Origin: Chloroflexota bacterium
GTDB lineage: Bacteria; Chloroflexota; UBA6077; JACCZL01
NCBI GenBank assembly: GCA_046328115.1
Contig: JAXLXE010000002.1
Span: 59,578 to 123,577 of the forward strand
Length of the DNA: 64,000 bases
Direction of reading: 5' to 3'
Both the position numbers and the translations under genes were made by a program. The notes below the pieces were generated by a model, which was given only the letters and a program-made list of their open reading frames with translations, was not told where the DNA came from and searched no databases. This document shows, in pieces, positions 19,515 to 28,817 of the stretch; the first letter of the stretch is position 1, and each line of letters opens with the position of its first letter.

Positions 19515-20393
19515 TCAGTCCGCGGTCTTTGCCCAGCCGTGCTCAGCACGGAAGCCAAACGCCTGCTCTGCCCGCACGGTGCTAAACAGGCCCGCGCGAC
19601 CCGATAGCGACCGAACCAGGGGCACCCACTCGGGGATGAATCGCTGAAGCAAGCTCATTGTGGGCTCGCATGCAAGCGTGTCCGGCGCGGCAATGAAGTA
19701 GGCGCCCACGGTGGGGATGCTCTCCGCCGTCAATGCGCGCGCACAGGCCTGCGCTGCGTCCCGAACGTCAAGATAGCTCCAGATCCCCTGGTAGCCGCGC
19801 TCATTGCGTTCAAACGTGGCCGCGGGCCGGTCTCGCGCGAACGCCTCTAGCTGAGCGGGGTCACGTACCGCCGCAAACCTCAGCGCGGCCGTCTGGATAC
19901 CGTGTGCGCGGCCTAACGCGGCAGCTGTCTCCTCGTTGCACAGCTTGGAGAGGCTATAGCTGTCTTCCGGACTCAGCGGGTGATCCTCATCGAGCGGAAG
20001 GTACCGCACCCTCTCAAACGGAACGCGGGACACGTGCCAACCTATCCCCGTGACGTTGATGGAGCTTGCCAGGACCACGCGCCGCACGCCCACCTGCCGC
20101 GCCGCCTCCAGGACGTTCCACGTTCCCAGCGTGTTGACGGCGAACGTGTCCGCTTGCGGCACCAGAATCCCCGCCAGGTGAAGCACGGCGTCTGCCCCGC
20201 GACAGGCTTCGAGACAGGCCGAGGAATCCATGACGTCACCGCGCAGCGTCCGAACGCCCCGCAACTGGCCAGCGTGCGCCACGGCCGGCGGGGACTCCCG
20301 GTCGAACAACAGCACCTCATGTCCATCGCGGAGCAAACGCTCGCAGGTCCAACGGGCAATCCGGCCCGAACCGCCCGTGATGGTGATCTTCAT
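19515..20393 (-). CDS. NAD-dependent epimerase/dehydratase (extended SDR)
   Basis: MKITITGGSGRIA Rossmann motif and YSLSK catalytic YxxxK. Start at ATG 20393. Confidence 0.8.
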   Translation of the reverse strand: MKITITGGSGRIARWTCERLLRDGHEVLLFDRESPPAVAHAGQLRGVRTLRGDVMDSSACLEACRGADAVLHLAGILVPQADTFAVNTLGTWNVLEAARQVGVRRVVLASSINVTGIGWHVSRVPFERVRYLPLDEDHPLSPEDSYSLSKLCNEETAAALGRAHGIQTAALRFAAVRDPAQLEAFARDRPAATFERNERGYQGIWSYLDVRDAAQACARALTAESIPTVGAYFIAAPDTLACEPTMSLLQRFIPEWVPLVRSLSGRAGLFSTVRAEQAFGFRAEHGWAKTAD

Positions 20394-20473
20394 TGGCTCC
20401 CTCGCGCGGCGCACCCGTGACGGTGGGGGGCTCCCCGCTTCGTCGATTCCGTAGATACATCTACGACATCGGT

Positions 20474-20509
20474 CACAGCATCCCTCACAGCATCCCTTAC
20501 AGCATCAAC
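20474..20509. repeat. Three tandem 12-bp direct repeats (CACAGCATCCCT x2, TACAGCATCAAC)
   Basis: Read directly from the sequence. Intergenic, 81-116 nt upstream of the SDR start. Confidence 0.8.
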
Positions 20510-20529
20510 AGGCGCGGGCTATCGGCTCC

Positions 20530-22389
20530 CTAGCCGCGTAGTTCTCCCAGATTCTCCCAGATGATGTAGAGGCCAGCGGCCAGCACGGAGAAGATCACGA
20601 GCTGCCAGAAGAATTCGTACACGAGCACCAGGCAGCTGATCAGTGCCAGAGCCACAGTGACGCTGGAAATCAGGCGGTCCACCTGGCGACGAAAGACCGA
20701 CTCGACGAACACGAACGAGCCGATCATGCCAAGGAGGCCCACGAACAGGAATTGCCGCGCGTACACCAGCAAGACGACGAACCCGATGAGCAGGAGGCCA
20801 ATGCTTGCCGCGGCCCAGAGCTCCACCCACCAGTTCAGGCGCAAATCGGAATCTGTCGAGGGCCGAGCCAGCCGAGCTACGTGACCCCGCGGGTCGTCCC
20901 GCTCGCCGCGCAGCAATCGCTGTTTCCGCTGCTCCAGCGCCTCTAGCAGCAGGACCGTCTGGGTATCCTCGCGCCGTCGCTCGGCAAGATCTCCGCGCAG
21001 GCCGCGAATCTGCTCCAGCAGCCGACGGTGGCGTAGCTCCAGGTGTGGATTGCCAACCAGGGCCGCCTGCTCCACACCCAGCTCCTGGAGCTCACGAGCC
21101 CGACTGCCGATTTCCGACCGTAGCTCATCGCGCCGCTCACGAAGCTGCTCCAGCCGGCGATCGAGCACCTGGGTCTCGGCGTTCGGGTTCGGCACCCGGT
21201 CCAGCCCTACCCAGCCAAGCGGATCGTACCAGGCCTGACGCACGCTGCCGTCCCGGTTGTACATGGGCCCCGCCGGCGCGTTCTCGTTGGAGATCGGATC
21301 GCGCGCATGCAGCCCCCAAAGCCCCCGGTACTGCGAGACCCACGGGGGAACGGGATCCAACACCGCCGGGCTCCACTGCAGATCCGTGCCCGGCCCGATC
21401 GCAGCACCATCGCCTCGGGCATAGTCGATGAACGGCACCTTGAACACACTGCCACCGGCACGTCCGTTACGACCGACGGAGCGACGGAGCAACCGCCCGA
21501 CGATCGCCTCGAACCTACCGAGTACGCCGAGCGGACGGTCAAGAAAGGGGATTCCAACCTCCGTGATGTACTCTCCGCGCTGGAAGTAGGAGGCGTGCGA
21601 ACCGGCGCCCGCGTAGATCACCGGATGGTCGCCCACCAACTCCACCTGCTCGCGATCGGACCACGCGCGGCGGATGTCGTCCCCCTGGAAGTCGTGCGTC
21701 GCGTACGCCACCCACGCGGGGGTCAGAGCACCCGCGTGATCGCGATACAGATACACGCACATGGTCTCCCAGTCGCCCTCATGGTCGTTCCCGCCGTAGA
21801 AACCAGACCGCCAGTTGTTGAAGGCGTAGAAGAACCAGTACTGCAGCACCACCCAGTCGCTCTCGCGCACGACGCGGCCGTAGTACACAAACCGCGGGTC
21901 CTCGCTGAGTAGCTCGCGATAGGTGATCGCGGCCGCTGCCGCCGCGTCACCCGGAACCCGCCCACGCAGCAATAGAGTCAACGAGAACACCGCGTCCAGC
22001 AAGCGGGAGCCGTATCCCACTCGTGCCAGCCGGCCAAGATCAGCCCGGAACCGATTCTCATGGTCGCGCAGCCGCTTCAAACCCTCGCGCACAAAGAACG
22101 CCGTCAATTCAGCGAGGTTCAGCGGATCAACGAACCGCAGGTGCAGAACGGAGCCAAACGTGGTGGGACGCGGCAGCCCGAGAGTATCGAGCGTGAGGGC
22201 GCCCTCCTCCACCAGCACCTCGTCACGCCCATCTCGGTGGTGCAGCCACAGACTGCACGCCTCCAGATAGCGATCCACCGCCAACGGGAAGAACTCCTCA
22301 CCGGCCGTATAGCGGATGATGGGCTCGTACCGGCGCAGGAGGGCGAGATCTGCGCCGATCGCCGCGGATGCGCGGGCGTCATCTTTCAT
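20530..22389 (-). CDS. Vps62/DUF946-like domain protein with coiled coil and C-terminal 4-TM anchor
   Basis: LQYWFFYAFNNW...GGNDHEGDWETMCVY motif. Long Arg/Glu/Leu coiled coil (RRLEQLRERRDELRSE...). Four hydrophobic helices at the C-terminus. Confidence 0.7.
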   Translation of the reverse strand: MKDDARASAAIGADLALLRRYEPIIRYTAGEEFFPLAVDRYLEACSLWLHHRDGRDEVLVEEGALTLDTLGLPRPTTFGSVLHLRFVDPLNLAELTAFFVREGLKRLRDHENRFRADLGRLARVGYGSRLLDAVFSLTLLLRGRVPGDAAAAAAITYRELLSEDPRFVYYGRVVRESDWVVLQYWFFYAFNNWRSGFYGGNDHEGDWETMCVYLYRDHAGALTPAWVAYATHDFQGDDIRRAWSDREQVELVGDHPVIYAGAGSHASYFQRGEYITEVGIPFLDRPLGVLGRFEAIVGRLLRRSVGRNGRAGGSVFKVPFIDYARGDGAAIGPGTDLQWSPAVLDPVPPWVSQYRGLWGLHARDPISNENAPAGPMYNRDGSVRQAWYDPLGWVGLDRVPNPNAETQVLDRRLEQLRERRDELRSEIGSRARELQELGVEQAALVGNPHLELRHRRLLEQIRGLRGDLAERRREDTQTVLLLEALEQRKQRLLRGERDDPRGHVARLARPSTDSDLRLNWWVELWAAASIGLLLIGFVVLLVYARQFLFVGLLGMIGSFVFVESVFRRQVDRLISSVTVALALISCLVLVYEFFWQLVIFSVLAAGLYIIWENLGELRG

Positions 22390-22844
22390 CGCATCTGGCG
22401 GCGGAACGACTCGCGGACCTCGTCCTGGTTTAGCGTGAGCACGCAGAACACGCCCAGAGCCAGTGCCAGGAAGTCAGGCTCACCCAGCGCATAGAGTACG
22501 AGCCCCGCCGCCAGACTGATGCCCAGCATGGTCATCCCCACAAGCCAGGACCACGGCCGACGGAGCAGGATTCCCACGCCCACAAACACTGACACCGGTG
22601 CGAGCGACGCGACCACGGCGCCCATGAAGCCCGTAACCCCCAGCGCGCCCATGACCCGCGCCAACTCCAGAGGCTCAGCAAACAGAGAGGTCAGGCGGGT
22701 ATCGGAGATGGTGATCGAGCCAGCAGCCAGCAGCAAGGGCCCCTGAATCAGGAATAGACAGCCCACCAGCACCACCGCGGACGGCAGACGGGGCCGACGG
22801 GCCCGGCTCAGAACGGAGGAACGGCGCGCGGGTGCCCTGGACAC
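22386..22844 (-). CDS. Small polytopic membrane protein (152 aa)
   Basis: About four hydrophobic helices. 4-nt overlap with the downstream Vps62-like gene. Confidence 0.55.
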   Translation of the reverse strand: MSRAPARRSSVLSRARRPRLPSAVVLVGCLFLIQGPLLLAAGSITISDTRLTSLFAEPLELARVMGALGVTGFMGAVVASLAPVSVFVGVGILLRRPWSWLVGMTMLGISLAAGLVLYALGEPDFLALALGVFCVLTLNQDEVRESFRRQMR

Positions 22845-22889
22845 GTCACGTGATGATGCCGCAAAGGCAGTCGCCGCGGCATCGAGTCC

Positions 22890-22923
22890 GCGGGCCCGGG
22901 CAATCTGCTCTCCCCGGGCCCGC
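22890..22923 (-). terminator. GC-rich hairpin after the sugar-permease operon
   Basis: gcgggcccggg-12 nt-cccgggcccgc, 13 nt past the stop at 22936. No U-tract. Confidence 0.35.
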
Positions 22924-22935
22924 CTTCCGCGCTAG

Positions 22936-23775
22936 CTATCCCTTGACCGCTCCCGCGGCAAGACCCTGCACCAGGAACCGGTTCGCCAGCGAGTAGAGGG
23001 CCATCACGGGGATAGCGGCCAGGACCGAGCCCGCCATCATGGGCCCCCAGAGGTAGATGTCGCCGCGGATCAGTCCAGCCAGCCCCACGGGCAACGTGCG
23101 GAAGCTGTCAGAGGTAATAAAAACGAGCGCGTACAGGAACTCGTTCCACGCCAACGTGAAGGTGAAGACGGCCGCCGCAACCAATCCCGGCGCAGCCATG
23201 GGCACCACCACCCTGAAGAGCGCCTGGATGCGTCCGGCCCCATCAATCATCGCCGCCTCCTCCATCTCAGGCGGGATGCCCTTGAAGTACCCAATGAGCA
23301 TCCACGTGCAAAAGGGAATGGAGAACGTCTGGTAGCTGATCACCAGCGACCAGAGGTTGTTCAGCAAGCCCAGCCGCTGCATCAGCATGAAGAGCGGGAT
23401 GAACAGTAGCCCGCCGGGAATCAGGTAGACGAACAGCACCGACCGGGCGAGCGCCGCTCGGCCCGGATAGCGCAACCGCACGAGGCTGTAGGCCGCCAGG
23501 GTCGCCATGATCGTGGTGAGGATGGTGGTGATCAGGCCCACCGCGATGGAGTTGCCGAGGAACAGACCAAACCGCCACTTGTTGATGGCCTGATCGAACT
23601 GGGCGAACGTCAGCTTGGTCGGAAAGAACGTGACCTCCACGCCGTACATCTCCGCGTTCTCGGAGATGGACGACCGCAGCATCCAGTACAGCGGGATCAG
23701 AACGACAATCAGGTAGAAGATGATGGTGGCATACACCGCCACGGACTTGGGTCGGATGCGCACGCCAGCAATCAT
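22936..23775 (-). CDS. Carbohydrate ABC transporter permease (MalG/CUT1-type)
   Basis: 279 aa, 6 TM, EAA-like loop EEAAMIDGAGRIQALFRVVVP. Confidence 0.85.
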   Translation of the reverse strand: MIAGVRIRPKSVAVYATIIFYLIVVLIPLYWMLRSSISENAEMYGVEVTFFPTKLTFAQFDQAINKWRFGLFLGNSIAVGLITTILTTIMATLAAYSLVRLRYPGRAALARSVLFVYLIPGGLLFIPLFMLMQRLGLLNNLWSLVISYQTFSIPFCTWMLIGYFKGIPPEMEEAAMIDGAGRIQALFRVVVPMAAPGLVAAAVFTFTLAWNEFLYALVFITSDSFRTLPVGLAGLIRGDIYLWGPMMAGSVLAAIPVMALYSLANRFLVQGLAAGAVKG

Positions 23776-24719
23776 GCTGGGGCCTCGTCCTTCTCCTGCA
23801 GGTAGCGCGTCAGGACGATGATCAACCCGGCGAAGATGGGCATGGCCATCAGCGCGGCAGCGGCCGCCTCGCCGATTCTGCCGTTACGAATCCCCTGATC
23901 GTAAATCAGCATGGTGAACACCTCCGTGGCATTCGAGGGCCCGCCACGGGTCATGATGAACACGATGTCAAACGTGTTGGCAGTCCAGATCAGGGAGAGC
24001 ATGGTGGTGACCAGCATCACGTGCCGCAAGCCCGGAATCGTGATGTAGAGGAACCGCTGCCACGCGCTGGCGCCGTCCACCTCAGCCGCCTCGTACTGGT
24101 CGGACGGAATGGCTTGCATTCCAGCCAGGAACGCGATGCCAAAGAAGGGGAATCCCTTCCAGACCACGACGCTGAGGACGGCGGGCATTGCCCACCTCAC
24201 GTCACCCAGCCAGGACACCGGTGAATCAATGACCCCCAGGCTCAGCAGCGCCCAGTTGAACAGGCCGTTCTGGTCATCGTAGAGCCAGCGCCAGATCAGT
24301 CCAGCCACGAAGGCAGGGACCGTCCAGGGCATGAACAGCAATGCACGGACAATGTTTCGGCCGACGAACTGCTCGTTGAGCGCCAACGCCATCGTCATGC
24401 CCACAAATGCCTTTACGCCCACGCCCACCACGGCCAGAACCACCGTGTTCCAGACCATCTGGCCAAAGTCCGGCCAGCCAACGATCCAGGCGAAGTTGGC
24501 CAGCCCCACCCACTTCTCGGCCTGACCAATCACCTTGTCAGTGAACGCCAGATATATCGCCCATGCCGCCGGATAGGCGATCAGCCCAACGATGAAGAAG
24601 AAGGCGGGCACGATCATTGCGTAGCCCAGCACCCACTCCTGCTGGCGTGAGGTGAGGTCGCGATAGCGGAGCCGTCGTGCCCTTTGGGCCGCCTGGACCG
24701 CCGACGTCTGAACGCTCAT
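23772..24719 (-). CDS. Carbohydrate ABC transporter permease (MalF/CUT1-type)
   Basis: 315 aa with YEAAEVDGASAWQRFLYITIP. 4-nt overlap with the next gene. Confidence 0.85.
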   Translation of the reverse strand: MSVQTSAVQAAQRARRLRYRDLTSRQQEWVLGYAMIVPAFFFIVGLIAYPAAWAIYLAFTDKVIGQAEKWVGLANFAWIVGWPDFGQMVWNTVVLAVVGVGVKAFVGMTMALALNEQFVGRNIVRALLFMPWTVPAFVAGLIWRWLYDDQNGLFNWALLSLGVIDSPVSWLGDVRWAMPAVLSVVVWKGFPFFGIAFLAGMQAIPSDQYEAAEVDGASAWQRFLYITIPGLRHVMLVTTMLSLIWTANTFDIVFIMTRGGPSNATEVFTMLIYDQGIRNGRIGEAAAAALMAMPIFAGLIIVLTRYLQEKDEAPA

Positions 24720-24789
24720 GAGCCACTCCGATCCGCGCTGAGCGGGATGACGCGGGCGGGGTCGCGGCCCCGCCCGTCATTTGAGCCGA

Positions 24790-26124
24790 CTACTTATATT
24801 TGCCGAGGACGTCGTCCACGACCTTCACAACTTCTTCGTGAGCCTGTTCCGGCGACCACTTGTCCACCACCATGCGGGTGGCGGCGTTGATCAGCACGGT
24901 GCGCGTGACGATCTCGGAATACGCCGGCGTGGGCTGACCCGGGTGCCCCTGGAGGATCCCGGTCTTCGCAGCGTCCAGGAAGCCCTTGCGCTGTGGGTTC
25001 TTCCAGATCTCAAGATCCTCCATGCCCTTCACAGCCGGCGCCGGGAACGCGAGCTCGATCCACTTCTTGTACACATCCTTGCTGTACAGGTGGCGCATGA
25101 GGTCCTTGGACAGGTCGATCTTCTTCTGATTGCCGGTGTTGAGGACGGCCCAGCCATCACGCACGTACGCCTGGTTGAATGCGCCCTTGGGGCCCGCCGG
25201 CGCACCAGCCACACCGATCTTGGGCAGCATGTCCGGTTTATTGCTGCGGAACCACACCAGAGGGCTGGCTGGGTTGTGGATGACCAGCACCTTCTCGTCC
25301 TGGAGCGCGGTGTTGTTGCCGGCGTTGTCCCACCCGGTGACGCCTGGTGGATACACGCCAAGATCCCAGCTCTTCTTCAACGCTGTCAGGAACTGCAGCA
25401 TCTCCGGCGTCTTCGAATTGTTGGTCTTGCTGTCTTCCTTCACGAGCGATGCGCCGTAGCTCAGCATCATGCAGGTGAAGGTGTTTTCGGAGTCGGTCCC
25501 AGCCTTGTTGAACTGGAAGCCAACGCCGTAGAGGTTCGGTGGCTTCTGCAGCTTGGCAGTGACCTCGAACATCTCCTCCCACGTCTTGGGAAACTCCTTC
25601 ACCCCACCAGCATCGAACAGGTCCTTGCGGTAGAGCATGAGGCTGGTATCGATGGAGTAGGGTAGCGCCCACTGCTTCCCGTCGCGGGTGACAATCCGTT
25701 CGCCCGGCGAGTAGAAGCCCCCCCAGGCCTTGCCAAACTCCTGATAGAGATCCGTGACGTCCACAAAGATTTTGGCCGGGTAGAAGAGGGTGAAGCGGGC
25801 ATCCGCCACCTGCGAGACATCTGGCAGTTGCTTGGACTCAATCGCGGCCTGCAGCTTCTGCTGCACGTTGTCACCCGTCTCCCGGGTGATCTCCACCTCT
25901 ATGCCCTTGTTCTTGGCCCACTTCTGGATCTCCTCGGTCTGGAAATCATCCGAGGGTGGGGCGAAGGTGGCATCTGTCCAGACCGTCAGCTTCTCGCCGC
26001 CGAGTCCGGGGATGAAGCCGCACGACGAGAGGGCCGGCGCCAGGGAGATGGCGCCCAGCCCAACTGCCGAATTCCGAAGGAACGTTCGGCGCGTGAGCCG
26101 TTGGCTGAATCGAAGCTGGGTCAT
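24790..26124 (-). CDS. Extracellular solute-binding lipoprotein (sugar ABC), Tat-type signal
   Basis: Start re-placed at ATG 26124 after GGAGGAG. MTQLRFSQRLTRRTFLRNSAVGLGAISLAPALSSCG (RR motif plus lipobox). Confidence 0.85.
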   Translation of the reverse strand: MTQLRFSQRLTRRTFLRNSAVGLGAISLAPALSSCGFIPGLGGEKLTVWTDATFAPPSDDFQTEEIQKWAKNKGIEVEITRETGDNVQQKLQAAIESKQLPDVSQVADARFTLFYPAKIFVDVTDLYQEFGKAWGGFYSPGERIVTRDGKQWALPYSIDTSLMLYRKDLFDAGGVKEFPKTWEEMFEVTAKLQKPPNLYGVGFQFNKAGTDSENTFTCMMLSYGASLVKEDSKTNNSKTPEMLQFLTALKKSWDLGVYPPGVTGWDNAGNNTALQDEKVLVIHNPASPLVWFRSNKPDMLPKIGVAGAPAGPKGAFNQAYVRDGWAVLNTGNQKKIDLSKDLMRHLYSKDVYKKWIELAFPAPAVKGMEDLEIWKNPQRKGFLDAAKTGILQGHPGQPTPAYSEIVTRTVLINAATRMVVDKWSPEQAHEEVVKVVDDVLGKYK

Positions 26125-26318
26125 GGGGTCTCCTCCATGGACGCGTTGCTCGTCATCGGTGACGAGGCCGTTACCGCCGCATTCCGGGTGGTAGAGACTC
26201 TGGAAGTACGTATTCGCCTCGGGCTCGATCGACTCACGGCCAATGATGCCCCCCAACAGCGCGGCGGCTAGACGCAGTATAGCCACGCGCGGTCACGGTG
26301 ACCAGACCTGGACTTCGG

Positions 26319-28712
26319 CTAAAGCTCCAGCGCCAGGAGCGCGGCGTTCACGATGGCTTCACTATCCATGACGTAGTGACGATAGAGGTCCGGACGTGAG
26401 CCGGACTGGCCGAACTCATCGACGCCCAGCGGCACCGTGGGCGCACCGTACGCGCTGCCAAGAAACGCCAGGGCGTGCGACGCGCTGTCGTGCACCGTCA
26501 CGATCGGCGCCCGTCTCTCTCCCTCAGGTATCAACTCGTCCAGATGCCCTGCGCTGCGGCCTGTTGTGCCGCGCTGGAGGTACGCCCGCCGCGACTCCGC
26601 CATCCCGCGGTAGATCTGGCCCGGGCTGGTGAGGTTGAGCACATTCGCGGCCACGCCCTCACGGTGCAGCATCCGCGCCGCCTCAACCGCCTCTGGGATC
26701 ATCACCCCCGCCGCGGCGATCTGGACCACGTGGTCGCCGGTCACATCCGGCGCGTCGCGTGACGCGTCAATCAGCCGGTACCCGCCCTTGAGCACCTGCA
26801 AACGCAGGGTCTCGTCGCCCAATCGTCGCATCGCTGGGTCCAGAAGGGACTGGTCCACCAGTTTGGTGGACAACCTCAGGTAGGTTGTGAGTCCGTTCTC
26901 GCGATCCGCGCACTGGCGGAGCCCCTCCAGCAGTGTCCACTCCACCTCCGCCGCGAAGCAGGGCTCGTAGAACAGGAGGTGGGGAAGCTCAATCCCTAGC
27001 GAGGGCGTAACGGTGGACTGGTGGGCACCCCCCTCTGGGCTGAGGGTGATGCCCGAGGGTGTGCCAATCACGATGGCCTTGGAGCGGTTGTACAGGTTGT
27101 AGATGAGGGCATCCAGGCCGCGGCACACGAAGGGGTCGTACACGGTACCGATGGGGAACAAGTGCTGGCCGCACAGCTCGTATGACAATCCGAGCTGTCC
27201 GAGCAGCAGAAACATGTTCATCTCGGAGATCCCCAGCTCCAGGTGCTGGCCGCTGGGCGCGGGCATCCAGCGCAGAAGGCGCGGGCCCTCCTCCTCGTGA
27301 TCCTGCGCCTCCGTCGTGCTGAAGACGCCGGTGCGATTGATCCAGCCACCCAGGCTGGTGGAGACGGCCACGTCTGGCGCCACGGTGACCATGCGCTTGC
27401 CGATCTCCGGAAGCCGTTCGAGCTCGGTGAGCATGCGGCCAAGCACGTCTTGCGAGGATGTGTTTGGCAGGTGCCGCAGACCGAGAGTGGCCGGCACTGC
27501 CGACGCTGGGACCGGCGCTGGCGCCGTCTGGCCCCCGGCCAGCCGCTCCGCCGCGCTACGGCAGGCTCGCCCCTCAGGAGAATCCGGCGCGAACGATGGC
27601 CACTCATCCTCGCCCGGCACACCCAGCTCCTCGCGGAGCGCCTCGATCTGCTCACCCGTCAGAAGCTGGGAATGGTTGAGCGGGTGACCGGCGATGGGTA
27701 GCCCCCAACCCTTGATGGTGTAGGCAAAGATGACGGTTGGCGCGTCAGGCATGTTCTTGGCACGGTTGAACGCGTCCAGCAGCACCGCGATGTCATGGCC
27801 ACCGAGGTCCGCGAGCAGCCCGGGCAGATCCTCGTCCGAGACGTCCGCCACGGAACGGCGAACGCGCTCGGGCTCGCGACTAGACAGAACCAGGCGGCCA
27901 CGGCACTCATCTCCGGGCAACCTGATGAGCGCCTGGTACTCCTCGTTGCTCATCTCGTCGATGCGGCGCTCGAGCGCGTCACCGTCTGGCATCGCAAACC
28001 TGGCCTGAAGGCGCCGTCCGTACTTGCAATCGATCACGTGCCACTTGCTATCCGCCAGCAGCGCCTTGAACTGGGCGGCGCGCATACCGGGAATCACACG
28101 ATCCAGGCTCTGCCGATTGACGTCCACGATCCAGAGCACGTTGCCCAGGTCGTGGAGGTACTCCTCGGTCACCGCCTCCCAGACGTTGCCCTCGTCCAGC
28201 TCCGCGTCGCCCACGACGGCGACAAACCGCCGCGACGTGACCTCGCCAAAATGGAGCTCAGAGTACCGGGCCGCCAGCGATGCAAACACCGGCGCCACCG
28301 CGCCAAGGCCCACCGAGCCGGTCGCAAAGTCAATCTGGTCGCGATCCGGGTCCTTGGTCTTGCTGGGGTACGACTGGAGCTGCTTGTAGACCCGCAAGTT
28401 GGGCAGATAGCTCCGATCAAGGTTTCCCAGCAGATACTGGATGGCGTGGAACGTGGGCGAGCCGTGAGGCTTCACGGCGATTCGATCGTCGGCGCCGAGC
28501 TCGCTGAAGTACAGCGCGGTCAGGATTGAGACGATGGACGCTGAGGATGCTTGATGACCGCCGATCTTGGAATTGTCGAGATTCGGGCGCACGTTGTTGG
28601 CGTGGTGGACCATGTTGGTGGCCAGCCACAGCACGCGACGCTGGATTGACTCGAGGACAGCGAGTTCATCGGCAGAGATGTTCGCCGCGTGGGTCCGCTC
28701 GATCGTGAGCAC
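26319..28712 (-). CDS. Homodimeric-type 2-oxoacid dehydrogenase E1 (AceE-like ThDP enzyme)
   Basis: 797 aa with GGHQASSAS, the ThDP motif GDAELDEGNVWEA and a transketolase-like C-terminal half. No E2 or E3 gene in the window. Confidence 0.8.
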   Translation of the reverse strand: MLTIERTHAANISADELAVLESIQRRVLWLATNMVHHANNVRPNLDNSKIGGHQASSASIVSILTALYFSELGADDRIAVKPHGSPTFHAIQYLLGNLDRSYLPNLRVYKQLQSYPSKTKDPDRDQIDFATGSVGLGAVAPVFASLAARYSELHFGEVTSRRFVAVVGDAELDEGNVWEAVTEEYLHDLGNVLWIVDVNRQSLDRVIPGMRAAQFKALLADSKWHVIDCKYGRRLQARFAMPDGDALERRIDEMSNEEYQALIRLPGDECRGRLVLSSREPERVRRSVADVSDEDLPGLLADLGGHDIAVLLDAFNRAKNMPDAPTVIFAYTIKGWGLPIAGHPLNHSQLLTGEQIEALREELGVPGEDEWPSFAPDSPEGRACRSAAERLAGGQTAPAPVPASAVPATLGLRHLPNTSSQDVLGRMLTELERLPEIGKRMVTVAPDVAVSTSLGGWINRTGVFSTTEAQDHEEEGPRLLRWMPAPSGQHLELGISEMNMFLLLGQLGLSYELCGQHLFPIGTVYDPFVCRGLDALIYNLYNRSKAIVIGTPSGITLSPEGGAHQSTVTPSLGIELPHLLFYEPCFAAEVEWTLLEGLRQCADRENGLTTYLRLSTKLVDQSLLDPAMRRLGDETLRLQVLKGGYRLIDASRDAPDVTGDHVVQIAAAGVMIPEAVEAARMLHREGVAANVLNLTSPGQIYRGMAESRRAYLQRGTTGRSAGHLDELIPEGERRAPIVTVHDSASHALAFLGSAYGAPTVPLGVDEFGQSGSRPDLYRHYVMDSEAIVNAALLALEL

Positions 28713-28817
28713 AATCCCCTCCGGGGTGCGCGTGTACGTGTCTAATAGCTCACGGGCAGACTGGCCGACCGGAGCAGGTTGCTGGAGCAGATTATAGGTT
28801 CGACCGCCATCACCGCC

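Noticed and set aside
24781-25665. 294 aa plus-strand ORF antisense to the sugar-binding protein gene
   Set aside because: It is a mirror ORF of a gene that has a Tat/lipobox signal and typical binding-protein sequence.
26291-26303. Palindrome GGTCACGGTGACC between the E1 stop and the sugar-binding-protein start, as a possible operator
   Set aside because: It is a single short palindrome with no second copy or recognisable regulator motif, and too weak to call.
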